Part shown: one piece after another, positions 1 to 8,457 of the stretch
Position numbering within the stretch: the first letter of the stretch is position 1
Layout of the letters: each line of letters begins with the position of its first letter
DNA from: Pseudomonadota bacterium
GTDB taxonomy: Bacteria; Desulfobacterota; Binatia; UBA9968
DNA length: 64,000 bases
Direction of reading: 5' to 3'
NCBI GenBank assembly: GCA_021324155.1
Contig: JAJPJQ010000038.1
Coordinates: forward strand, 83,904 to 147,903
Program-made: the position numbers and the translations under genes
Notes under the pieces: generated by a model
What the model was told of the DNA's origin: nothing
Database searches by the model: none
Seen by the model: the letters and a program-made list of their open reading frames with translations, nothing else

Positions 1-60
1 TACGCGAGCGAAACAAACGGGTTAGATTTCCCAAGGCATAAAACTCACTTCCGGCGCCGC

Positions 61-99
61 TTGACACGGATTAATGTCCCTGATACTGGTCTGACCAGT
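61..99 (+). promoter_or_regulatory. Putative promoter (-35 TTGACA at 61-66) with a FadR/GntR-type operator palindrome ACTGGTCTGACCAGT at 85-99 overlapping the -10 region
   Basis: Perfect 7-1-7 inverted repeat CTGGTC-T-GACCAG resembling the E. coli FadR operator consensus. It lies 13 nt upstream of the GntR/FadR-family gene start (113), and TTGACA is 18 nt upstream of the palindrome. Confidence 0.45.
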
Positions 100-112
100 A
101 GACAGCTAGACC

Positions 113-850
113 ATGTTGCGGGCTATTCGGAAGACCCGGATTTACGAAGAGGTCGTGAGCCAGATCCGCGACCTCCTGCGCGAGGGCCGGTACAAGGCAG
201 GCGATCAGCTGCCGTCCGAGCGCGAGCTCGCCGAGACGTTCAAGGTCAGCCGCACGTCGGTGCGCGAGGCGCTCCGCGCCCTCGAAGCGCAGGGATTGAT
301 CGAGAGCCGCACCGGCGCCGGCAATTTCATCGCCGAGCTCCCGGTCGAATCGCTGGTCGCGCCGCTCGCGTCGCTGCTGCTGGAAGAGAAGGACGCGCTC
401 GCGGACATTTTCGAGATGAGGAAATTGATCGAGCCGCGCATCGCTTCACTCGCCGCCGAGCGCGCGACCAAAGACGATATCGAGCTGATGACGAAAATCC
501 TCGACAAGCAGCGTGACGCCGTGGCGCGCGGCGAGACCGGCGTGGAAGCCGACGCGGAGCTCCACTACGCGATCGCGCGCGCGACCCAGAACCACGCGCT
601 CGAGAAGCTCGTCACCGGCCTGATGGACGTGCTCAGCCACAGCCGCGAAGAATCGCTCCAGCCGCAGGACCGCCGCGAGGCGTCGATCGAATCGCATAGC
701 AAAATCGTCGCCGCCATCGCCGAGCACAACAAGGCGAAGGCGCGCGAAGCGATGCTCAAGCATATCGAGCGCGTCGAAGAGAACGTGCTCTCCGCAAAAA
801 AACCCCCGGCTTATACCGACGGTTCCATAGACGAGAGGAGGATTTCATGA
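113..850 (+). CDS. GntR-family transcriptional regulator, FadR subfamily (N-terminal wHTH plus C-terminal FCD domain)
   Basis: 245-aa ORF. The N-terminal sequence is of GntR HTH type and is followed by a helical FCD-like C-terminal half. The stop overlaps the next start (ATGA). Confidence 0.85.
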   Translation: MLRAIRKTRIYEEVVSQIRDLLREGRYKAGDQLPSERELAETFKVSRTSVREALRALEAQGLIESRTGAGNFIAELPVESLVAPLASLLLEEKDALADIFEMRKLIEPRIASLAAERATKDDIELMTKILDKQRDAVARGETGVEADAELHYAIARATQNHALEKLVTGLMDVLSHSREESLQPQDRREASIESHSKIVAAIAEHNKAKAREAMLKHIERVEENVLSAKKPPAYTDGSIDERRIS

Positions 851-2046
851 TCAAGAGAGTCGAAGTTCAGTACCGCGGGATATTTCAAAAGAATCTCGCG
901 AAAAAAATCGGCAGCGACATCGTCATGATCGCGAGCAGCATGGGCCAGCGGGCATTTTCCAACGGCCGCTACAGCGACGCGCCCGAGCGCAACGGCATCC
1001 CGTGCAAATACTTCGCGTTCGTCTCGCCCGATTTATCCGAGGAGGAACTGGAAGCGGAGTGCGGCGCCAAGCTCGAGATCGACGAGGCGAACGTCTCGGT
1101 CGTGCTCGACGACACGATGTGCAAAGGCGTCGAGCCCTGGGGCTGGCACGGCGTGCGCCCGATCAACGAGCGCGTCGTCAAAGACGGCTGCCTCGTCGTG
1201 ATCACCAAGCGCCCGCACGAGGAGCTGCTCCAGTTCATCGGCAAGAAACCTTACAATTACCGCCTGGCGACGCTCGACGGCGAGGCGAGCCTCGCGGGCC
1301 TGTGGGTCAACAAGGACGATCTCACGTACGAGCACGTGCTCGGAGCGATCGCGGCGGTCGAGCCCACGATCATCAGCATCGAAGCGGTCGAAGCCTATCT
1401 GATGAAGAAGACGAAGGATAAGAAACGCGCCGAGGCGGCGCGCGCCGCCTACAACTCGCTGCGCCAGGAGGCCAAGCCGCCGCGCGTGAAGACCGTCACG
1501 CCGAATGAAGGGATCGTATGGACGCACGAGATCCCGGTGCTGCCGAAATGGTTCGAGATGCAAGAGGGCGCCGTCGTCCCGGCCGTCCCGCGCGGCTTCC
1601 AGATGGGGCCGAAGGGCCAGTCGAGAAACACGGGCTTCAAGCGCGGCACGACCAAGACGCAGCGTCCTGCGGTGCGCTTCGACCTCTGCACCAAATGCAC
1701 GCTCTGCTGGGCGGAGTGCCCCGACGAATGCTTCGACCCGACCACCGACGGCTATTACGATATCGAATATCAGTACTGCGTCGGCTGCGGCAAATGCGCC
1801 GAGGTCTGCCCGGTCAAGGAATGCATCGTCATGGTCGACGAGCTCCAGTTCCACGACAACAACAGTCCGTGGGAAGATTGGAAGAAAGACCCCAAGACAT
1901 ACATCACTTCGCTTGAGGCCAAAAAAGGCACAGAGCGCGTCAACTATCCCGTGGTCACCGGCAAAGGCGTTATCGTGACTAAGGGGGAAGTGATGCCCGA
2001 AGGTAAGATCGTTCCGGTCCGCAAGACCGAGGAGGTGGAAGTATGA
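847..2046 (+). CDS. 2-oxoacid:ferredoxin oxidoreductase gamma subunit fused to delta (2x[4Fe-4S] ferredoxin) subunit
   Basis: 399 aa. N-terminal POR/KOR gamma-like domain. C-terminal CTKCTLCWAECP...CVGCGKCAEVCP double CxxCxxCxxxCP ferredoxin motifs. ATGA overlaps with flanking genes. Confidence 0.8.
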   Translation: MIKRVEVQYRGIFQKNLAKKIGSDIVMIASSMGQRAFSNGRYSDAPERNGIPCKYFAFVSPDLSEEELEAECGAKLEIDEANVSVVLDDTMCKGVEPWGWHGVRPINERVVKDGCLVVITKRPHEELLQFIGKKPYNYRLATLDGEASLAGLWVNKDDLTYEHVLGAIAAVEPTIISIEAVEAYLMKKTKDKKRAEAARAAYNSLRQEAKPPRVKTVTPNEGIVWTHEIPVLPKWFEMQEGAVVPAVPRGFQMGPKGQSRNTGFKRGTTKTQRPAVRFDLCTKCTLCWAECPDECFDPTTDGYYDIEYQYCVGCGKCAEVCPVKECIVMVDELQFHDNNSPWEDWKKDPKTYITSLEAKKGTERVNYPVVTGKGVIVTKGEVMPEGKIVPVRKTEEVEV

Positions 2047-3284
2047 CCGTCACAATGGAAAAACCTAAAAGCGGCATGAGCGACGGCGTCTACGAGCGCG
2101 AGGAGCTGCTCAATGGCTGTCAGGCGGTCGCGCAGGGCGTGTGCCTCGCCGACGTCGACGTGATCGCGGCCTACCCGATCCGGCCCTACACCGAGGTCAT
2201 GGACGCGCTCTCGAAGCTGATCGCCGACGGCGCGTTCGACGCCGAGTACATCATCGCCGACAGCGAGCACTCGCAGTTCGAGATTGTCAAGCATGCCTCC
2301 TCGGTCAACGCGCGCGCCTTCGGCGGCTCGAGCGGCACCGGCTGGATGTACGGCATGGAGGCGCTCACCGTTACGGCGACCGACCGCCTGCCGCCGATGT
2401 TCGTCGTCGGCAACCGCGCGCTCGACGATCCCGGCGCGTTCGGCGTCGAGCACAACGACGCGATGGCGGTGCGCGATCTCGGCTGGCTGCTCTGCTGGGT
2501 CACGACGCCGCAGGAAGCCCTCGAGCACGTGCTGATCGGCTACCGCGTCGCCGAGGACAAGAACGTGCGCATGCCGATGGCGCTCGCTATCGACGGCGCG
2601 TTCCTCACCCATTCGCAGCACATCGTGAAGATTCCCTCGGTCGCGGCGGCGAAGAAGTTCCTGCCGCAATACGACCTCGCCGAGCGCCGGCTCCATCCCG
2701 ACAACCCGATCTCGGTCGCCCCGCAGGCGAACGAGGATTGGGTCATGGAGATCCGCCGCCAGAACTGGGAGGCCGCCAAGCGCGCCCGCGGGGTCATCAA
2801 GGAAGCCTACAAGGAATTCAACGCGATCTTCGGCGAGCGCTACGCGCAGCCCTACTTCGACGAGTACATGACCGACGACGCCGAGACCGTGTTGATCGGC
2901 GTCGGCACCGTCGCGGCGCCGGGCCGCACCGCGGTCAAGCGGCTCCGCGAAAAGGGCCACAAGGTCGGCTACGTGAACCTCCGCTGGTTCCGCCCCTTCC
3001 CGACCGAAGAGCTGCGCGCGTGTCTCAGCCGCTTTAAATCGGTCGGCGTCGTCGACCGCGACTTCGCCCACGGCTCGCCCGACAACTGCGGCATCCTGAT
3101 GCACGAGATCCGCTCGTGTCTCTATCCCGCGAAGAACCGTCCCGCGATCGTGAACTTCATCGGCGGCCTCGGCGGGCGCGATCTTTCGATCGCCGACGCG
3201 CAGAAGATGTTCGACATCACGGCGCAGGCGGCGAAGAAAGACTCGATGGACGGGTATATTACCTGGATCGGCCTCAGAGAGTAG
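2043..3284 (+). CDS. 2-oxoacid:ferredoxin oxidoreductase alpha subunit
   Basis: 413 aa. The N-terminal region resembles POR/KOR/VOR alpha subunits. Operon context with gamma-delta and beta genes. Confidence 0.85.
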   Translation: MTVTMEKPKSGMSDGVYEREELLNGCQAVAQGVCLADVDVIAAYPIRPYTEVMDALSKLIADGAFDAEYIIADSEHSQFEIVKHASSVNARAFGGSSGTGWMYGMEALTVTATDRLPPMFVVGNRALDDPGAFGVEHNDAMAVRDLGWLLCWVTTPQEALEHVLIGYRVAEDKNVRMPMALAIDGAFLTHSQHIVKIPSVAAAKKFLPQYDLAERRLHPDNPISVAPQANEDWVMEIRRQNWEAAKRARGVIKEAYKEFNAIFGERYAQPYFDEYMTDDAETVLIGVGTVAAPGRTAVKRLREKGHKVGYVNLRWFRPFPTEELRACLSRFKSVGVVDRDFAHGSPDNCGILMHEIRSCLYPAKNRPAIVNFIGGLGGRDLSIADAQKMFDITAQAAKKDSMDGYITWIGLRE

Positions 3285-3298
3285 TGTAAGGAGGACTT

Positions 3299-4294
3299 AT
3301 GACAACCACTCCAAAAATCGATTACGAAAAGATCAAAGGCGTCCACAAGGTCCCGCTGGAAGAGCTCTACACCTCCGGCCACCGCACCTGCCAGGGCTGC
3401 GAGTCCGCGACGACCATGCGGGGCTTCATCAAGGCCTCGGGACCGCGCACGATCGTAACCGGCGCGACCGGCTGCATGTACGTCGCCAATACTTCGTACC
3501 TGACCACGCCGTGGATCGTGCCGTGGATGCACACCCAGCTCGGTGCGGGCGGGGCGTCCGCGGTCGGCATGGCGGCGGGCGTCCGCGCGCTCCAGCGCAA
3601 GGGCAAGATCAAGCAGGAGAAGATTAACATCATCAACTTCTCCGGCGATCTCGGCGCGGGCGACATGGGCATCGGCGGAATCTCGGGCGCGCTCCAGAGC
3701 GACTACGACCTGCTGATCATCATGTACGACAACGAGTCGGCGGCGAACACCGATATCCAGGCGACCGGACTCTCGATCTACGGCGCGCAGACGACGTTCA
3801 CGCCGCCCGGATCGAAGCACCGCATCATGCAGCGGCGCTGGAAGAAGAACGTCGCCGGCATGCTCGCGGTCGGCCACCCGACTTGCAAGTACGTCGCCAC
3901 CGCCTGCGCGACGTTTCCGCCGACCGACTATCTCAACAAGACGCGCAAGGCGCTCAGCATCGGCGGGCCGACGTTTATCCATACGTACGATCCATGCCCG
4001 AAGGGCTGGGACTATCACCCGCGCTATTCGAACGAGCTGGGCGAACTGGGCATCAAGTGCGGCATCTACCCGCTCTACGAGATCGTCGAAGGCAACGTCA
4101 TTTACACCTGGGACGCGCGGAAATCGGGCAAGGGCCGCATTCCGGTGAAGGAGTTCCTGCAGCGCCAGGGACGCTTCGAGCATCTGATCCAAGAGGACAT
4201 CGATTATATCCAGAAGGGCGTCGACGAGATGTGGGAAGAGTGGGAAATTCCCGGCGTCGCGCCGCTCAAGGGGATTTTGAAAGCCAGAATCTAG
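3299..4294 (+). CDS. 2-oxoacid:ferredoxin oxidoreductase beta subunit (TPP-binding)
   Basis: 331 aa. The motif GDLGAGDMGIGGIS is of the TPP/Mg-binding GDG type, and the N-terminal Cys cluster (CQGCESATT) is typical of OFOR beta. RBS TAAGGAGGA upstream. Confidence 0.85.
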   Translation: MTTTPKIDYEKIKGVHKVPLEELYTSGHRTCQGCESATTMRGFIKASGPRTIVTGATGCMYVANTSYLTTPWIVPWMHTQLGAGGASAVGMAAGVRALQRKGKIKQEKINIINFSGDLGAGDMGIGGISGALQSDYDLLIIMYDNESAANTDIQATGLSIYGAQTTFTPPGSKHRIMQRRWKKNVAGMLAVGHPTCKYVATACATFPPTDYLNKTRKALSIGGPTFIHTYDPCPKGWDYHPRYSNELGELGIKCGIYPLYEIVEGNVIYTWDARKSGKGRIPVKEFLQRQGRFEHLIQEDIDYIQKGVDEMWEEWEIPGVAPLKGILKARI

Positions 4295-4320
4295 CCCATT
4301 CCGTTCCGAATAGAGATACA

Positions 4321-4352
4321 AAAGAGGCCCTCACAAGAGGGCCTCTTTTTTT
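4321..4352 (+). terminator. Rho-independent terminator
   Basis: GAGGCCCT-cacaag-AGGGCCTC hairpin followed by a T7 run, immediately after the OFOR beta stop. Confidence 0.8.
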
Positions 4353-4547
4353 GCCTGCACCTTGGTCACAAGGCGTTAGGGCAAATGTGACCTATTGACT
4401 TACGATTAAGGTAAAGATTCCCGTCGAATCCGTGTAACACCCGATACTCGTTAAAACGCGCGCCACTGTATTATAGCCGCTATTCACCGGCCGGGTCTGC
4501 CCCCAGACGCTCCACCGGCCAACGACATCAACGGGGTAAGGAGCGCC

Positions 4548-6344
4548 ATGAACTACTTCCAACCCTATTCCCTTCCGGCCGATCAGGCGGTCCTCGCCGC
4601 GTGGGATTCGCAGCTCGCGGAGCTGGCGGAATGTCCGGCGCTCGTCACCGCGCTGGCGAAGCACCGCGAGATGCTCCCGCGCTTCGCGGAATCTTACATG
4701 AGACTCCGCGCGCTGCCGCGCGGCACGCGGCGGGCGCTGCAAAGAAAGCTCGCACGAGCGCGCGAGTTAATTTCAATTCAACCGGAGTGGCAGAGAAAGC
4801 TCGCCGGCTCACTCGCCGGCGCGGCGCTACTGCTCGCGCTCGCGCAGAGCGCGTCCGCGACGACGATGACCGTCACGACGAATGTGCCGGACATCAAAAG
4901 AGACAAGAAATGTTCACTGATCGAAGCGATTATCAATGCAAAGAAGCATAGGCGAGTTCACACCGACTGTCCCGCCGGGAGCGGAACAGACACGATTGTG
5001 CTTCCCGGCAATACGGTTTTCACATTCAACAAGATGGAACCCAGTTACATTCAAAGCTACAACGGTTTACCGACTGTCACCAGCATCATCACGATCGAAG
5101 GGAACGGCAGCACGCTCAGAAGAAATAGCAAATCGCAATTTGGCCTCGTCGATGTGAATAGCACTGGAAATTTAACGCTTAAGAATCTGACGATAAGTAA
5201 TTGGCAAGATCAGAATTTCAGCGCGATAACGAACCGCGGAAAACTGACAATCGTCAGTAGTACTATCTCCGGCAACATGGGATATGAAGGCGGCGCGATA
5301 TACAACTCATCCGGCGCCATTGCGGCGATCGAGAATAGCACAATTTCTGGCAACAGTGCCCGTCGTGGTGGAGGGATTCATAATTACCGCGGTACCATAA
5401 TCATAAACAACAGCTCAATTTCCCAAAACACAGCGGCATTTTCAGGCGGAGGCATAAGGAATGTCGGCGGTCACGCCGAAATCAATAACAGCATTATAAG
5501 CGAGAATCGCGCAATAGCACCGAAATATTACTCCGGCCATGGGGGTGGTATCGACAATATCGGTACCGCTGCGTATCTGCTTATCACATACAGTTCAATT
5601 GCTGAGAATCTCGCCAGTGGAGGCATCAGAAGTACGAATAAATATCGGCCGAGGCCAGCTGGTGAAGGCGGCGGAATATACAATGGCTTCCGATCGACCG
5701 TGACGATCAGCAATAGCTCAATCTTTAGCAATACCGCGGAGACCCCAGTCAACGGCTACATTGCGAGGGGCGGTGGGATACTTAGTAGTGCCGGTGGAGA
5801 TCTGCGCATTTCAAATTCTACGGTATCCGGAAACACTGCGATCAGCGGTGTCCCGGCAAAAGCTTACGGCGGCGGGATTTTCAGCTGCGTTTTTCAAATT
5901 ACGAGCAGCACAATTGCGGACAACAGAGCAAATGTTGGCGGCGGAATCTGGAGTTGTGAAAGTTCTTCACGCCTAGAGTTAGCCCGCAGTATTATTTCCG
6001 GAAATCAAGCTGACAAGGGAGCCGAGGTCCATAACGGCTTCTCTAGTTCGTCGAAACAACACCTTGCCGTAAACAATTTTAATCTGTTTGGAAACAATGG
6101 CGATCCCGGCGTTGTAGGTGTTACTCCAGGAGCATCCGACATCGTGCCCGGCTCCGGGATAATGCTCGATGACATCATTGCGCCGCTCGCAGACAACGGC
6201 GGCCCCACTCTAACGCATGCTCTTGCGGCCGGCAGCCTCGCCATCGATGCCGCGCCGGTCGACTCCGATTGTCCAGCTACCGATCAGCGCGCAACACCGC
6301 GACCGCAAGGCGGCGGCTGCGATATCGGTGCGTTTGAGAAGTAG
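4548..6344 (+). CDS. Surface/secreted right-handed parallel beta-helix repeat protein with CSLREA-type motif and C-terminal choice-of-anchor-Q-like domain. It carries an unusual ~85-aa N-terminal domain followed by a hydrophobic segment (paralog 1)
   Basis: 598 aa. RBS AAGGAG. Segments in order: N-domain (MNYFQPYSLPADQAVLAAWDSQLAEL...), hydrophobic LAGSLAGAALLLALAQSASA, CSLIEAI (CSLREA-like) motif, many NSTISGN/NSSISxN beta-helix repeats, and a C-terminal LADNGGPTLTHAL...CPATDQRATPRPQGGGCDIGAFE tail. Confidence 0.8.
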   Translation: MNYFQPYSLPADQAVLAAWDSQLAELAECPALVTALAKHREMLPRFAESYMRLRALPRGTRRALQRKLARARELISIQPEWQRKLAGSLAGAALLLALAQSASATTMTVTTNVPDIKRDKKCSLIEAIINAKKHRRVHTDCPAGSGTDTIVLPGNTVFTFNKMEPSYIQSYNGLPTVTSIITIEGNGSTLRRNSKSQFGLVDVNSTGNLTLKNLTISNWQDQNFSAITNRGKLTIVSSTISGNMGYEGGAIYNSSGAIAAIENSTISGNSARRGGGIHNYRGTIIINNSSISQNTAAFSGGGIRNVGGHAEINNSIISENRAIAPKYYSGHGGGIDNIGTAAYLLITYSSIAENLASGGIRSTNKYRPRPAGEGGGIYNGFRSTVTISNSSIFSNTAETPVNGYIARGGGILSSAGGDLRISNSTVSGNTAISGVPAKAYGGGIFSCVFQITSSTIADNRANVGGGIWSCESSSRLELARSIISGNQADKGAEVHNGFSSSSKQHLAVNNFNLFGNNGDPGVVGVTPGASDIVPGSGIMLDDIIAPLADNGGPTLTHALAAGSLAIDAAPVDSDCPATDQRATPRPQGGGCDIGAFEK

Positions 6345-6363
6345 CGTCCTGGGGGAGAGGGGT

Positions 6364-8457
6364 ATGTATTATCACAGTGCTTATCGACTGCCTGCCGGCG
6401 AGACAATTATTACAGCCTGGGAATCGGCACTAGCTGACCTGCGAAACAGCGCGCCGTCTTTAAATCTGCCGGCTGAAACACCTGATGTCTTTCCTCGGTT
6501 CGCTCAAACCTATGTAAAACTATGCAACTTACCTCGAAAAAAGCGAAGAGAGATCCAAAGGGATATTCTCCATACCGGACCGTTGGCAAAAATCCAACTC
6601 AAATCACAACGTCAACTTGCATCATCTTTGGCGGCAGTCGCTCTATTGCTTGCTTTAGCTCAACCCGCCCCCGCAGCAAACATTGCCGTCAATACGAACA
6701 CACCCGCAATTAATGATGGAGACGGTAAATGTTCGCTCATCGAGGCAATCATTAATGCCAACGACGATGCCTCGACTCATCCCGATTGCGCAAAGGGCGA
6801 AGGAGCGGATGTCATTGTATTGCCCGCTGCGAGTATACACGTCGTCGAAGCTGCTTACGGCAATTATCAGGGTGAAACCGCGCTGCCGGTGATAACGAGC
6901 GAGATTACTATCGAGGGGAATAACAGCACGGTGACCCGCCACGTGAGCGAGCCATTGTTTCGTATTTTAGCTGTGCGTAGTGTCGGAAGACTTACACTAC
7001 AAAATTTAACGGTAAGCGGCGGAGCTCAAAACCATGGCGGCGGGATATTCAACAGTGGCACGCTAGCGATTACTAACAGCATTATCACAGGGAACAAAGC
7101 ACAGTATTTTGGTGGAGGTATATTCAATTCCTCCGACGGAGAATTGACAATTGAGACTAGCAGCCTGTCCAAGAATATCGCCAACATGGATGGTGGCGGT
7201 CTATTGGACTGTTACGGTAGTTTCAAGATACAGAACAGTACTATCTCAGGTAACTTCAGTCAGCGTGGTGGCGGCATCCATAAGTTTGATAATCAAATAG
7301 AATACGTCACCCCCACATCTAACTTCCCAAAGTGCAGCGTAACCTCGCACACGGGACTGATTGTTAACAGCACAATTTACGGCAATACCTCATCCGTCGG
7401 CGGCGGCATAGCCAATGGTGGCAAAATAACCATCATCAACAGCACAATCAGCAATAATGTAGCGCTGGCGCAAGGCGGCGGAATCATAAATTATAAACCC
7501 TTCCAAGGTGCTCCCAGTTATCTTTTCGTAGAAAGCAGCACGATTTCTCAGAACATTGCCGGTGACGAGCATTTCGGCTGGGGTGGCGGCATTATGAATC
7601 AATACAATGGCTATCTTTATCTAAGCCGCAGCATCGTCTCAGGTAACAAGGCGCTCACAGGGCCAGAAATAAAAACGGCTAGTGTGAACGATGTTGTTTA
7701 TATCGATGATTTTAATCTTCTTGGAAATAACGGCGACAGCGGACTGTACAATGTATATGTCGGCTACACGGATATTGTCCCTAAACAAAGCCTCAACAAA
7801 ATTCTCGGCCCCCTCAAAAATAACGGCGGCCCTACACTGACTCATGCTTTAGTTCCTGGCAGCCCCGCGTTGGACGCTGCGCCGGTCGATGCGAACTGCC
7901 CGGCGACCGATGGCCGCGGTGTTGCCCGCCCGCAAGGGTCTGCATGCGATATGGGCGCCGTTGAGGGTACTAGTTTGGCACCGGCGCCCCACCCGACCGG
8001 GCACAACTTCGTCGTAAGCTCCGTCAAGGCGCCGAAAACCATCAAGAACGGCGGCGGCACTGCTCCCGTAGCGGTCACGATTCGGAACGCAGGCAATCAA
8101 AACGAGATACTGAGCGATGCGTCCGTGCTCGGCGACGGCGCGACCACGGGCCTCGTCCGCCTGGCGATCGACGTCACCGATACCGACGGCGAGCAATGCC
8201 AGCCTGCGACTGTCTCTTTAGACGGCTCCAAGAATGGGAAGCTCTTCAGCAAGGGAGTGAAGGTCTTGTCCGGCGGCGCATCGTTGACGGTGAATTTTCT
8301 CGTGACGTACCGTTGCGACGCGCCGATGAACAAGCGAAATCCGGAAGCGGGCGACTACCGTAACAGCGCCTCGATATTTCCCGACGAGCTCGACGGCATT
8401 TCCGATTCTAACGCGAGCAGCACAATGGTCGGCGCCGCGACCAAGGTGACGCCATGA
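6364..8457 (+). CDS. Beta-helix / CSLREA / choice-of-anchor-Q-like protein with an extra C-terminal CARDB-like Ig domain (paralog 2, diverged)
   Basis: 697 aa from an ATG with RBS GGGGAGAGGGG. It has the same architecture and a conserved N-domain (MYYHSAYRLPAGETIITAWESALADL...PRFAQTYVKL). An extra ~180-aa C-terminal tail (VSSVKAPKTIKNGGGTAPVAVTIRNAGN...) is CARDB-like. Confidence 0.75.
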   Translation: MYYHSAYRLPAGETIITAWESALADLRNSAPSLNLPAETPDVFPRFAQTYVKLCNLPRKKRREIQRDILHTGPLAKIQLKSQRQLASSLAAVALLLALAQPAPAANIAVNTNTPAINDGDGKCSLIEAIINANDDASTHPDCAKGEGADVIVLPAASIHVVEAAYGNYQGETALPVITSEITIEGNNSTVTRHVSEPLFRILAVRSVGRLTLQNLTVSGGAQNHGGGIFNSGTLAITNSIITGNKAQYFGGGIFNSSDGELTIETSSLSKNIANMDGGGLLDCYGSFKIQNSTISGNFSQRGGGIHKFDNQIEYVTPTSNFPKCSVTSHTGLIVNSTIYGNTSSVGGGIANGGKITIINSTISNNVALAQGGGIINYKPFQGAPSYLFVESSTISQNIAGDEHFGWGGGIMNQYNGYLYLSRSIVSGNKALTGPEIKTASVNDVVYIDDFNLLGNNGDSGLYNVYVGYTDIVPKQSLNKILGPLKNNGGPTLTHALVPGSPALDAAPVDANCPATDGRGVARPQGSACDMGAVEGTSLAPAPHPTGHNFVVSSVKAPKTIKNGGGTAPVAVTIRNAGNQNEILSDASVLGDGATTGLVRLAIDVTDTDGEQCQPATVSLDGSKNGKLFSKGVKVLSGGASLTVNFLVTYRCDAPMNKRNPEAGDYRNSASIFPDELDGISDSNASSTMVGAATKVTP

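Noticed and set aside
1033-4321. Long antisense ORFs (1033-1854, 1944-3104, 3122-4321, minus strand) inside the OFOR operon
   Set aside because: Opposite-strand frames of strongly supported genes. Arg/Ala/Asp-rich composition and no RBS or conserved motifs.
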